Source of the DNA: Podarcis erhardii
Lineage: Eukaryota
Assembly: GCA_964252035.1 (NCBI GenBank)
Contig: OZ176210.1
DNA: 64,000 bases
Strand: one strand, 5' to 3'
The translations under genes and the position numbers were made by a program. The stretch's first letter is position 1, and the number at the start of each line of letters is the position of its first letter. This document shows positions 1-11,350 of this stretch, one piece after another. Under the pieces are notes generated by a model, which saw only the letters and a list, made by a program, of their open reading frames with translations, ran no database searches and was not told where the DNA came from.

Positions 1-737
1 GCCAGTGGCATGCACAGATCCTACATAGCAAAACCTTGTGTAATCAGCCCTGGAGAAAACCTGGAAAAGTCAAGCAGAAAAATACCAGATTTAAAGTGAA
101 ATATTATTTCCTCTTTAAAAAAAAAGAAAGAAAAGAAAAGAAAAAGCTTGTTTTCACAAGATGCCAGCAATTTTAATTTATTCTTATTTTTTAAAAGCAC
201 CTTGCCAGATTTGCTAGAGTCCCTTATAGCTTTGAGCAAGATGCTCAGGAAGTAAGTCCTTTACTAATAAAGAATATCTAGCCACAATCAGGTCGCAAGA
301 GCTAAATTACATACGATTTTCTAGAACAAGCAGTTCTCTGCTCAAAAGTACACTGGGAAAAGAAAAAACATCCTAGAAATCAGGTGCTTTAAAGCAGCAT
401 TTCTCACATTTTTGATACAAACATGCACTTTTTCAGGATCAAAACGTTTCTTCTGGACAATTCGGTTATTGGGCATTCATTTGGCTACACAAAGTTTCTG
501 CAGAGGTTATTAAATGCCTGGTGTTCCTTGGGCATTCTGATTTGTAAATGCAGCAGTTATGTAATCCCATGCTTTCCACCGTATTTCCCCCTCACTTTCC
601 TTACCACAAAAAGTCCAATGTCTCCCTCAAAGGGGGATTGTTGTGCAAGAAAAACCAAGTGCACTTTAAGTGCACAACCTAAATTTGCTGAATCCTATCC
701 ATAAAATAGCTACAGCCTGGACGTTGTCTCAGAGACA

Positions 738-983
738 TACAGTGGTACCTTGGGTTACAAACTTAATTTGTTCTGGAGGTCCGTTCTTAACCTGAAGCTG
801 TTCTTAACCTGAGGTACCACTTTAGCTAATGGGGCCTCCCGCTGCCACTGCGCCGCCGGTGCGCAATTTCTGTTCTCATCCTGAGGTAAAGTTCTTAACC
901 CGAGGTACTACTTCAGGGTTAGCGGAGTCTGTAACCCGAAGTGTTTGTAACCCGAGGTGTTTGTAACCCGAGGTACCACTGTA
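738..983 (+). mobile_element. Tc1/mariner-type MITE, family A
   Basis: TA|CAGTGGTACCT...AGGTACCACTG|TA; internal TTCTTAACC and GTAACCCGA repeats; homologous to 13794 and 42756. Confidence 0.9.
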
Positions 984-1118
984 GTTATATGCTCCCCTGC
1001 CTGAGTGGTAAAAAGTTGAGGCAGCCCTTATCCAGAATTGGTTTCTTTGGGAATGAGGAATCACTAAAGACATTATTGTCTTTTCTAATATTTAAATTTA
1101 TTTACATATATTAATTAT

Positions 1119-1382
1119 TACAGTCATACCTCATGTTACGTTTGCTTCATGTTACGTTCTTTCAGGTTACGTCCCGCGGCGACCCAGAAGTACCGGAAAG
1201 GGTTACTTCCAGGTTTTGCCACTCGCGCATGCGCAGAAGCGCAAAATGCTGTCATGTGCATGCGCAGAAGCGCCGAATCGCAACCCGCGCATGTGCAGAC
1301 ACGCCACTGTGGTTTGCACTCTTTTCATGTTGTGAAGGGGCCTCCGGAACGGATCCCGTTCGCAACCAGAGGTACCACTGTA
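1119..1382 (+). mobile_element. Tc1/mariner-type MITE, family B
   Basis: TA TSD; terminal inverted repeats (TIRs) CAGTCATACCT / AGGTACCACTG; GCGCATGCGCA motifs; homologous to 9356 and 59136. Confidence 0.88.
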
Positions 1383-2351
1383 TTGTTGTTATTATTATTT
1401 TTTATTTATACCCCGCCTATCTGGGCAGCTTCCAACACATAAAAACATAATAAAACGTCAAACATTAATAATAACAATCTGATCCAATAAAAATATGATG
1501 TGTATAAATGGAGACAGGCAGCTCACCCCTTTGTTCTTGATGTAGATCTTCACTCACCCCTTCTTCCCTAGAAAGGAGCATTTTGTGGTTCACGTCAGAT
1601 GCCAAAATGTCTTGGGCCAACCCTGATTACAATACATAGATCAGGTTACAAAGCGTCCCAGTTAACAAGTGTTGCAGACACTGAAGTACATGGCTAGGCA
1701 TATGCTAATATGTTATGCCAACACCATAACTTGGCTAGGCATGTGATTGGAGTCCCAAGCCATGGGACTGGGCAAGCAAGCAAATCCTCCTCCAAGTCAG
1801 TTGGGTTTGCTGAGCCTATCAGTTCTGGCGTATTCTTCTCCATCTTTTTGGTAATGAAGGTCCATGGGGTTGGCTTATTGTCTGTCCTGTCCCCAGGCAC
1901 CTACCCAGGAAGGCTTTTCACTGACAGAAGGCAACACTTGAGTCATGTTAGTCTTCTGTGATGTGGCACTGAGGCAGGTTTCTCTCTTGATTGTCTTCTT
2001 GGCCCTTCCTCTGGCTTTGGATTGGCACTTCCCAACATGCTGGGCCTCTCCACTGAATCCAGTTTCTCCAGTTCCACATTCTCATCCCAGTCTTCCCCCC
2101 GCCACAACTAATCCTGCCAAGATTGGTCACAGGAAATGAAATGTATGTGTGAAAAGACAATACATATTTGCCTGGAAAAGAAAGACATGGTGCTTTCTGC
2201 AAAATTAGGGGAGAGTGTTTCCCATTGCAAAAATAGTGTACAGTTTGGGTTTTACATCTCACAAAGCTGAAGGCCAGTTTTAGATCTAAACGTTGAAGTA
2301 GAGATTGCCCCACAAGAGCTAGAAAGAGTCTCCCAGCATTATTTTTTAAAG

Positions 2352-2852
2352 TCCTGGAATACTGTGTCCAGTTCTGGGCACCACAATTTGAGAAGGATAT
2401 TGACAAGCTGTAACGAGTGCAGGACAATCAAGTTAATCAAGAGTCTGGGAACCAAGCCTTATGAGGAATGGTAGAAGGAGCTGTGTATGTTTAGCCTGGA
2501 AAAGAGGATACTGGGAGGAGACATGATAGCCATCTTCAAATATCTTAAGGGCTGTCACATGGAAGAGGGAGCAAGCTTGTTTTCTCCTGCTCTGGAGGGT
2601 AGGACTCGCACCAAAGGATTCAAGTTCCAAGAAAGGAGATTCCAACTAAACATCAGGAAGAACTTTCTCACAGTAAGCGCAGTTCAACAGTGGAACGGTC
2701 TCCCTTGGGAGGTTGTGGACTCTCCTTCCTTGGGGGTTTTTAAGCAGAGATTGGATGGCCAACTGTCCTGGATGCTTTAGTTGAGATACCTGCACCACAG
2801 GGGGTTGGACTAGATGACGCTTCGTGTCCATTCCAACTCTATGATTCTTTGA
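2352..2852 (+). mobile_element. CR1 LINE 3' end
   Basis: ORF2 C-terminus (GDMIAIFKYLKGCH...RFQLNIRKNFLTV...WNGLP) and CR1 tail ttccaactctatgattct. Confidence 0.93.
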
Positions 2853-3512
2853 AAAGCAGTGATGGGTGGCTTAGAGTTTGAGGAATGGTGGGGATAGGGA
2901 TCTGCTTTACTCTTTCCCCACCAACTGTTTGTCCACTCTCAATCTTCTCCCCAAACTGTTTTTCTACCTGTAGGGGGAATGATATGGCCAGATGGACAAT
3001 AACTAAGCAGCTTCCCTCTCTCTCCTACACACAAGCACAATTTCTTTACACAGTGGCTTTTCAATTAGGAAAGGAGGGGAAATACTCTGGAAGACTATTG
3101 CATGCATCTGCCATGTAATGACTAGTTTGGCACTGAATCACTATCTACTGTTTGTTAAATAGTAGCAGAGAATTTCTTCGCTCGCCCTGTTTTTTTCTTC
3201 CTTTAACTTGTTTTGCTTTTCTAAAAAGGTCACCATGTAGCTGTATGAACTTCTAGAAATGTTCTTAAAATGTGATTAGGCGAAAAGTGTTTGATAACAG
3301 ATGGTTTATAAAAGAAATAAGCACCAGTATCACATCTCTTGTTGGTGTACATCCGAACAGTAACTGCAAGTACATGTTGTACCCTGGCATGTTTCTGAGC
3401 CAAGACACCAACAGATCTTTTATGAAAATGGGAGTCGGAAGGTTCATTGTAGAAAATAAAAAGGAGCCTTGAGAAAATCTGAAGATGGCTGGCTTTTAGG
3501 GGAATGTGTTGA

Positions 3513-3872
3513 GGATGGATGCTTTTGAATTATGGTGCTGGAGGAGACTCTTGAGAGTCCCATGGACTGCAAGAAGATCAAACGTATCCATTCTTAAGGA
3601 AATCAGCCCTGAGTCCTCACTGGAAGGACAGAGGCTCCAATACTTTGGCCACCTCATGAGAAGAGAAAACTCCCTGGAAAAGACCCTGATGCTGGGAAAG
3701 ATGGAGGGCACAAGGAGAAGGGGACGACAGAGGACGAGATGGTTGGACAGTGTTCTCAAAGCCACCAGCATGAGTTTGACCAAACTGCGGGAGGCAATGG
3801 AAGACAGGAGTGCCTGGCATCCTCTGGTCCATGGGGTCACAAAGAGTCAGTCATGACTAAACAACTAAACAA
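3513..3872 (+). mobile_element. Bov-B (RTE) LINE 3' end
   Basis: DAFELWCWRRLLRVPWTARRSN...LQYFGHLMRR peptide and the ccatggggtcac...gactaaacaac tail. Confidence 0.93.
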
Positions 3873-4262
3873 TGTTAAGGATGGCAATAATGATGGTGAC
3901 TTGGAGACTATAAATCCAAAGAAATAATTATTTTATAGCACAAAAGCCAATGTACAAAGATGAGAAACAGAGAACGCAGACTAACACAGAGAACATCCCT
4001 GTTCCAGATTATCTGTTTAGTGCAAACTCAGCCTGATAAATTTGCAGAGAGATTAGACAATGTTGGCTATTTAATTAACATTCATTCATCCTGATTTGCA
4101 TCTAAGAGATTAGACGGTGTTGCACGTGTTGTCCCACATTTCCCAATGTATTTTCATGTCACTTTCCTTATTGCAAGAAGTCTGGCCTTTTTGGGAGGCG
4201 GACTTGTTTTTCAAGAGCTCCAAATCAGCTTTAATGATGCAGCCTGAATTTGTCGTGGAATC

Positions 4263-4726
4263 AATTTAAAGATTATCTACAGAAATATTGTAAAATTAAG
4301 GAATGTTAGAAAGATGTTGGAGTGAAGTTACATGGCTTTAGCAGAAATGTTATAAAGAATTAAGTATAATAGATTGTAATTGGATTAAAGGAAAAAAATA
4401 ATGTTAGAATTTGTTAAGTTAGATGATAGGACAGAAGTTTGAGGAAGATGGAAAGGATTTGCTGAAACAATTAATTGAAGTGGAATACAAAAAAAGGGAG
4501 GTGTGAGCAGGTCGCTGAAACAAGTAAAAGAAAGTTAATAACATTGAAAGTATTGGTTGTGGGGTTTTTTCTTGGTTTTTTTCTTGGTTTTTGTTTTATT
4601 TTTGTTATGTATATGTAATATTTTTGTTTTTGTATTGTATTGTATGGTTTTGTTATGTTTAATTCTTTTTCATTTTTCTTTCTGTAACTTTCAAAACTTT
4701 AATAAATATTATTTTTTTTAAAAAAA
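4263..4726 (+). mobile_element. L1 3' UTR fragment with 17 bp TSD
   Basis: TSD gaatttgtcgtggaatc at 4246-4262 and 4727-4743; AATAAA plus A tail; homologous to about 30970-31440. Confidence 0.9.
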
Positions 4727-5154
4727 GAATTTGTCGTGGAATCCCACCCCGAGATAGTGACAATCTGGAATCACTTTCTGTTCATCAATTCAGTGGCCAG
4801 ACCTGCCTGACCTTTGAAGCACAAATTTCCATACTTAGAAATCATCTGTTAACAGATGAGTAACCAACATCAATGGCAGGTGAGATGTCAGTGGAGAAGC
4901 ACCAGGCCCTATCATATTCCTGATTATTATGCAGCGTCTTGGTGTTTATCACAGGTTATTGTGATACAACAAATATCCAGTAAAGACAGAAGCCCTCTTC
5001 ATGCAAATGACAAATGTCTCAGTAAATGCATAAGGAGGAAGCAGGAGACCTCCAGCTACCCAAATATATTTCTGGCCAAGGGTTAGGGGTGTGGCCAGAG
5101 GGCAAATGTTGGGTATGGTTAGCTGGTGCAGTCATAGGCTAGGTTTTTGGGGAG

Positions 5155-5175
5155 GTTTGTTTGTTTGTTTGTTTG

Positions 5176-5210
<35 letters not shown>
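5155..5210. repeat. compound microsatellite (TTTG)n(ATTG)n
   Basis: seen directly. Confidence 0.95.
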
Positions 5211-5885
5211 TCTTATCTGCCCTCCTCTGTGAGGTCTCAGGATTGGTTATTATAATATAATATACCATTATAAAAACAGATGAAATCATGACAATTCTAA
5301 AACAAGAAAACTGTTTCAAATGCACCAGAAAAATGCAGGGGGGGGGTTGCATTTCATTTTCTTCCTGCTTTGTTGATTACATTTTCTCTCTCTCTACATG
5401 ACTTGCACTGTCTGTTTGCTTTCACCCATATATTCCAGCTATCCAGCTACTAGTAAAAAAATAAAAATGAGCAGTCTTGGTCAAAATGGTTCAGTTCTTT
5501 GTGAACATTTTTGACAAGGTTGAAAGAAGAGAATGCCTTCCCCCTTTCTTTGAGGTGGTGGAGTGGAGAGAAGCATTCCTTATTAATCAGTATTTACTCC
5601 TCCACACTGCCTTTTCTTGCCTGCAGATATAAAATTGCATCACATAGCTTTGTGATGTCATCCTTTTCCGTTTGTAATCATTAACCGGGTGGAATCACCC
5701 ATGTGACTAATCCAACAAGATGGAAGAAGCAACAGCTGTGGGGTGGAGCAGGGAGATGACAGTTCTGAAGCAGCAGCCACCAGAATCGAAAAACACAGAA
5801 ACACCTAATAGGATAAAATAACATCATCTTAGAATTTGGTGGTGGAAAACATCAAAACGTCAACCTGGAAATAAGCTTAGGGTGT

Positions 5886-5958
5886 AGAATCATAGAATTG
5901 TAGAGTTGGAAGGGACCCCAAGGGTGATCTAGTCCAGCCCCCTGGAATGCAGGAATCA
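5886..5958 (-). mobile_element. CR1-type 3' tail fragment
   Basis: tagaatcatagaattgtagagttggaaggg...tctagtcca. Confidence 0.8.
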
Positions 5959-6415
5959 CTTAATTAATAGAACACTGCAGGAATCACTTAATTAATATAT
6001 TTAATTAAGTAATAAAAATAAAATGAATTGATACGCAGTGATCTGAAACAGATTTGGAAAGCTTTGCTGAATGATTTGGGAGACGAGGAAATACACAAGC
6101 CACAAAATTTCACTTGTTGGTAATCAGTGATAAAGAATATATCCAAGTTCCAGGCCATCTACATTTTGATAGAATCAAAAGAAACTTAACAAACAGCACA
6201 CACTGTCATCAACTTCCCAGTGAATTTGAAAAGAAGGATCCAAACCCTGTCCATCCTCTGAACCTACGGGCATTCAGGAAAATCCCTAAATACTCCTGGT
6301 CTGTGAGTGGTCCAAGGTCATCTGGTGCACTTCACAGCTGAATGGGCATTTGAACCCGGGTCTCTTCCCAGTCTGAAAGAATCCTGGAAACTGTAGTTCC
6401 TGAAGTGTTCTAGGA

Positions 6416-6887
6416 CAGGGGTCTGCAACCTTTAAGACAAAAAGAGCCACTTGGACCCGTTTCTGAAGAAAAAACAACTGGGAGCCGCAAAACTCGTCAT
6501 TATAAAAATAATTTTTTTGTCACTTTATTATTTCTTTGTTTGACCCCTCAGAATTACTCCTCCTCATAGAAATAAACGTTAAATTAACAAGTTACCTTTT
6601 TGTGTGTGTGTGTTCTTCACTTCACTTCAAAACAGTGACCAGCGTACATGCCCCCTTTCAATGCAGTGACCAGCGTACATGCCCCTTACAATGTAGCGGG
6701 CGGGCGGGCGGGCGGGAAGGTGACGTCGGGATGGTGCGTGACTAATGCACGCACCGGCCCCATGCCACAGTGGGGAGTGTCGGGGCGCACAATGCGCCTC
6801 CTCCCCTCGCTAGTATCTGCCCCAGAGCCGCGGCAAAGGTGTAAAAGAGCCACATGCGGCTCCGGAGCCGCGGGTTGCAGACCCCTG
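6416..6887. mobile_element. non-autonomous hAT element
   Basis: Perfect 15 bp TIR caggggtctgcaacc; 8 bp TSD ttctagga / gtctagga (7 of 8 match). Confidence 0.9.
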
Positions 6888-7874
6888 GTCTAGGAGTTGC
6901 AGCTTTGTGAAGGCTAAATTACAGTTCCCAGGATTGGTTTGAAATGTATGGTGTTTTACACAGCCTTTGCTGGATATTCTAACTATTATACTATGCTGAC
7001 TCCGTATACCCATTCAGCAATGTAAAATTAGAAATAAACAGAGATGAAATTAAGAAATGTTAAATACTGGTTTTCCTTTTAAAAAAATGAGATGGTAACT
7101 GATGGTCAGAATACAAGACAGAGCTTTAGCACACTTGACTTTCTCTGGGATTGTGGCCAATCCATTTCCAATGCTGCAATGGAAAAATGACATATTTTGT
7201 ACGGAAAAAAAAGTACAGTGAAAAAATAGCAGAGCTAATCCTGTCATGATTGCCTGCAGGTAATAAATTTGGAAGTTGGTGGAAATTTTCAAATTGAGTT
7301 TGAAGGTTCATTCCCATCCAGGACTTAAATGTAACAGCCTAGAGGGAGTGTTGCTTGAAATTTCAAATCATACCAAACCTAATGAAGGTCTAGACATGAT
7401 CCATGGGAAAAGGTCAGAAATGCTGTAAATGTTTATTTCAATAGGATCAGGAGAAAGCTTTTCGGTTCTTGTTTCACAGTACCATGTATATATCCTATTT
7501 CACAGGGCATAGAGAACATTTCTAATTCAGTTCTGTTTCAGAGAGTGCAGCAACTATATCCAGATAATTGAAAGAGAGCGTACATTGCAAACTCTGCTAT
7601 AAGGGGCCTTCATGAGAGAAAATGTTTTGAAGGTGACAATGTATGAATTGTTAACCCCTTCTGTCCCTCTGCCTTGCAATGACCACCACCTTAGGTTTTT
7701 TTAAAAAAAGGTTTAGCCACATCCACAGAGAAGCAATGCAATCTTATGCATGTTTACACAGAATTAAACCCCATGCTCAATGTAGGCATGTGACTAAGGT
7801 CAAAATGTTTCTTGATGGCTATTACCTATATGGAACCTGAGAGCTAGCATGCTGAGATTGTTATAGTGCCTGAC

Positions 7875-8040
7875 CAGGATGGGTGAGACCTGGGTGCAAA
7901 TCCCCACATTACCACTAAGTTCACCTGGTGACCTTGCAGCAGTCTCTCCATCACTCTCTTTTAGCCAGACTTATCTCACAGGATGTTGTGTAAGGATATA
8001 CTGAAGGAGGGGAACCATGTGTGCTGACCTGATCTCCTTT
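7875..8040 (+). mobile_element. old MIR/CORE-like SINE
   Basis: gacctgggtgcaaatcccc...gtgacctt...acttatctcacagg; similar to 11165 and 23390. Confidence 0.6.
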
Positions 8041-8599
8041 TGTTTGCTTTCTGAAGTGAATGACAAGAGGACACTCCACGCCACATACACCCCCCCCCCC
8101 AATTCAATGCACAGAAGATGGCAATTGAATCGTACTCCAATGCTGTGGGATAACCAGTCTCATATAACCAACATGCTTAAGTCTAACTGATGCATGAAGG
8201 GATTAATACCATAGAGTAGGCTGTCCTGAGAAGCCTAGCTAGGTCACTTCCCCTTACTTTGGGAGGAAATGGGTAATCAAGCCTATTGTCCCCAACTCCC
8301 TTAGTCTACCTGCGAAGCTCAGCATGTGAAGACATTTGAGCTGGTTGCTCCCGCTCAGCTGCATACCTCTCACAAGGCCTCTCTAGCATTCCTATACTAC
8401 GCTAAGTTTTACTGCCTGTGCAGCTTTTCTGAATGCTATATGGGAAAGCACATGAATCTGACCTTTGGAGAGTTTGTAAGTAAACCATTTTAAACTTACC
8501 AAACATGTGGTCTTTTTCTATGCTAGGGAAGAGGGAGACTTTGGGCGGAAGTTGGAAGGGCATATTTTAAAATTCTAGCAGCCTACATTTCCACACTTT

Positions 8600-9095
8600 G
8601 TTGTTGTTGTTTAGTCATTTAGTCGTGTCCGACTCTTCGTGACCCCATGGACCAGAGCACGCCAGGCACTCCTGTCTTCCACTGCCTCCGCAGTTTGGTC
8701 AGACTCATGTTTGTAGCTTCGAGAACACTGTCCAACCATCTCGTCCTCTGTCATCCCCTTCTCCTTGTGCCATCCATCTTTCCCAGCATCAGGGTCTTTT
8801 CCAGGGAGTCTTCTCTTCTCATGAGGTGGCCAAAGTATTGGAGCCTCAGCTTCACAATCTGTCCTTCCAGTGAGCACTCAGGGCTGATTTCCTTAAGAAT
8901 GGATACGTTTGATCTTCTTGCAGTCCATGGGACTCTCAAGAGTCTCCTCCAGCACCATAATTCAAAAGCATCAATTCTTCGGCGATCAACCTTCTTTATG
9001 GTCTAGCTCTCACTTCCATACATCACTACTGGGAAAACCATGGCTTTAACTATGCGGACCTTTGTTGGCAAGGTGATGTCTCTACCTTTTTAAGA
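8600..9095 (-). mobile_element. Bov-B (RTE) LINE 3' end
   Basis: RVPWTARRSNVSILKEISPECSLEGQ peptide, (CAA)n tail, 11 bp TSD ttccacacttt at 8589-8599 and 9096-9106. Confidence 0.93.
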
Positions 9096-9355
9096 TTCCA
9101 CACTTTACTCTGCTTCATATTTGGTGACTTTCTGCTGGGGCTCTTTCACCAAAGAGTACTTGGATCTTGGCATCCAGGAATTCTCCTTTTATACCTATTT
9201 TTTTCTCAAACCAACAAATGCTAGCTAGCTTATGGGACACAGGGCGCCCACATAGCACCCACAGCCTTACATAAGAATGGCCCTGTTAGGTCAAGCATCC
9301 TGATCTCACTGTGGCCAATCAGATGCTTGCAGGAAACACGCAAGCAGGACCCAAG

Positions 9356-9619
9356 TACAGTGGTACCTTGGGATGCGAACGGGATCCATTCCAGAGCCCC
9401 ATTTGCATCCCGAATGGAACGCAAGATGCGACGAAGCATCTGCGCATGCGCAGGTCGCATTTCACCGCTTTTGCGCATGCGTGTGACATCATTTTGAGCA
9501 TCTGCGCATGCGTGAGTGGCAAAACCCAGAAGTAATGCGCTCCATTACTTCCGGGTTGCTGCTGAGCACAACTCGAACGTGCTCAACCCGAAGCATATTC
9601 AACTCAAGGTATGACTGTA
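9356..9619 (-). mobile_element. Tc1/mariner-type MITE, family B
   Basis: TA TSD; same asymmetric TIR pair as 1119-1382, in the opposite orientation. Confidence 0.88.
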
Positions 9620-11130
9620 TCTGAAATAACACCTGCTTCCCTATAGGTGTTAAGATCAGCATGAGAGGGCCTCACAGTTGTTCCATTGCCCTCAGAAGCT
9701 TGAGGGCATAGCCTGGGAGAGGGCTTTCTTTGTGGTAGCCCCTAAGTTGCGGAACTCCCCACTTCACTTTACAGCTTTTGGCAAATGCTGAAGATGCCCC
9801 TCTTTATTTTATTTTTTAATAATATTTATTGAACATTTTCAAATATAACAGAAAAAAGAAAAGAAATAAAACATCCATTTTATAACCTTATTTTCATTAG
9901 CATCTTGCCAAGACTTCCCCACCCCATCCCCTCTTGTAGTCCAATTCCTTCAAATAGATTCAGCAAGTTCTTACCCCAAATTTTAAACTTATTATAGTTA
10001 ACCCAATGTTAAGAATGTTTTTCCATCCCCTAAAATCGACCCCGCTCCCTTCCACGAGTTCCCCTCTTTAATATGCAGAACAGATTAAAATAAAAGAAAA
10101 TAGAACAAAGAATAAAGTATAATTTAACACCCTTTGGATTCCAAATTTCCCTCCCCCCTTTCCCGGTTGCGTTCCCCAATGTCCATCAATGCCTGTTGTC
10201 ATCCTGGAGACCCCACATCTAGGCCGAAATCCTTCACAAGTCCACTTTGCCGTCTTTTTAATAGTCTTTGCCATCTTTTTGATCATCTTTAGTTTCAAGC
10301 GTCCAATCTTGGAAAAGCTCTATCTCAAAAAGGTCCATTTTTTCCATCCAGATCTCTGTATTTAAGAGTAAAAACTCCAATTTTGTTTCTTTAGACCTTT
10401 CAAATCTGGATGTCCCAAATGTTCCCACTTCCAGCTTTGTCCAATTCTTGTTGTTCATGTTGTTCTTATTATTCTCTCTCCTCACTTTCCTCTAGTTTCT
10501 TTTCCTGCTCTCCTGCAAAAATGTTCCAATTCCAAAAGCTTCTAAATCCCCTACAGAGGCTTTGTTATTCAGGAACAAAACTTTACGTCAAGTCCCTTCC
10601 ATTCTTCAATAGATAAATCTATTGTCTCCTTTAGTGTAGAGACCTCTGTAGACAAAATAGTGTTCCATTTCTGCAGTTTCCCAGGAGATAAAAAGTCCAA
10701 TTCAAATTCCATGCCAGCAATACTTGTAGTGTCCCACAGCCCCTCTAGAGGGATTATAGTAACTCAGTTTCCTTCCAGATCACACCCAACAGTCAAAGTA
10801 ACTTGTTATTCCTTGTTTTAAACAATTTATATCTAATTTGTAACAAATGTAACCGGCAAAGTCCTCATAACAAAGTTCTCTTTTTATTCTTCAGCTTTGA
10901 CAGCTCCTTTGACAGCTGTCAAAGCCTCTGTTTCTCCTCTCCCGGCGCTCTCGCGAAGATGCCCCTCTTTACCCAGACCTTTCACGTTTGCATATTTTAA
11001 GAGCCACCATGTTGTTGTTGTAAGTTGTTTTAAACTGTTTTTAATGTTATATGTTACATTGTGGCAACCTGCTCTGAAGCCTTAGGGTGACGAGCAGGTA
11101 AAATTATTGTTAATAATAATAATAATCATC
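9620..11130 (+). mobile_element. old L2 3' end, split by the insertion at 9807-10954
   Basis: gagagggctttctttgtggtagcccctaagttgcggaactcc...gaagatgcccctcttta resumes at 10955 and ends in an (AAT)n tail. Confidence 0.7.
9807..10954 (-). mobile_element. non-autonomous L1-mobilised retroposon, 1.15 kb, with decayed ORF
   Basis: 17 bp TSD gaagatgcccctcttta at 9790-9806 and 10955-10971; AATAAA plus A-rich tail at the left end; GC-rich 5' end. Confidence 0.8.
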
Positions 11131-11164
11131 ATCATCATAGGAGGAGGAGGAGAAGGAGGAGGTG

Positions 11165-11350
11165 GTGGTGATGTAGTGGTTTGATTGTTGGACTAGGACC
11201 CGGGGAGCCAGAGTTCAAATCCCCACTAAGCCATGAATCTCACCTTGGGCCAGTAGCTCTCAATCTCATCCTGACCTACCTCACAGGGTTGTGGGGGTTA
11301 AATGAAGAAGAAGGAAAATTGTGTCTGCCACTTTGAGCTCCTTGGAGGAA
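11165..11350 (+). mobile_element. MIR/CORE-like tRNA-derived SINE
   Basis: gatgtagtggttt...gagttcaaatccccact...accttgggccag...ctacctcacaggg. Confidence 0.75.

Noticed and set aside
1694-1961. Short ORFs resembling an exon or pseudogene
   Set aside because: No recognisable homology and no supporting exon chain
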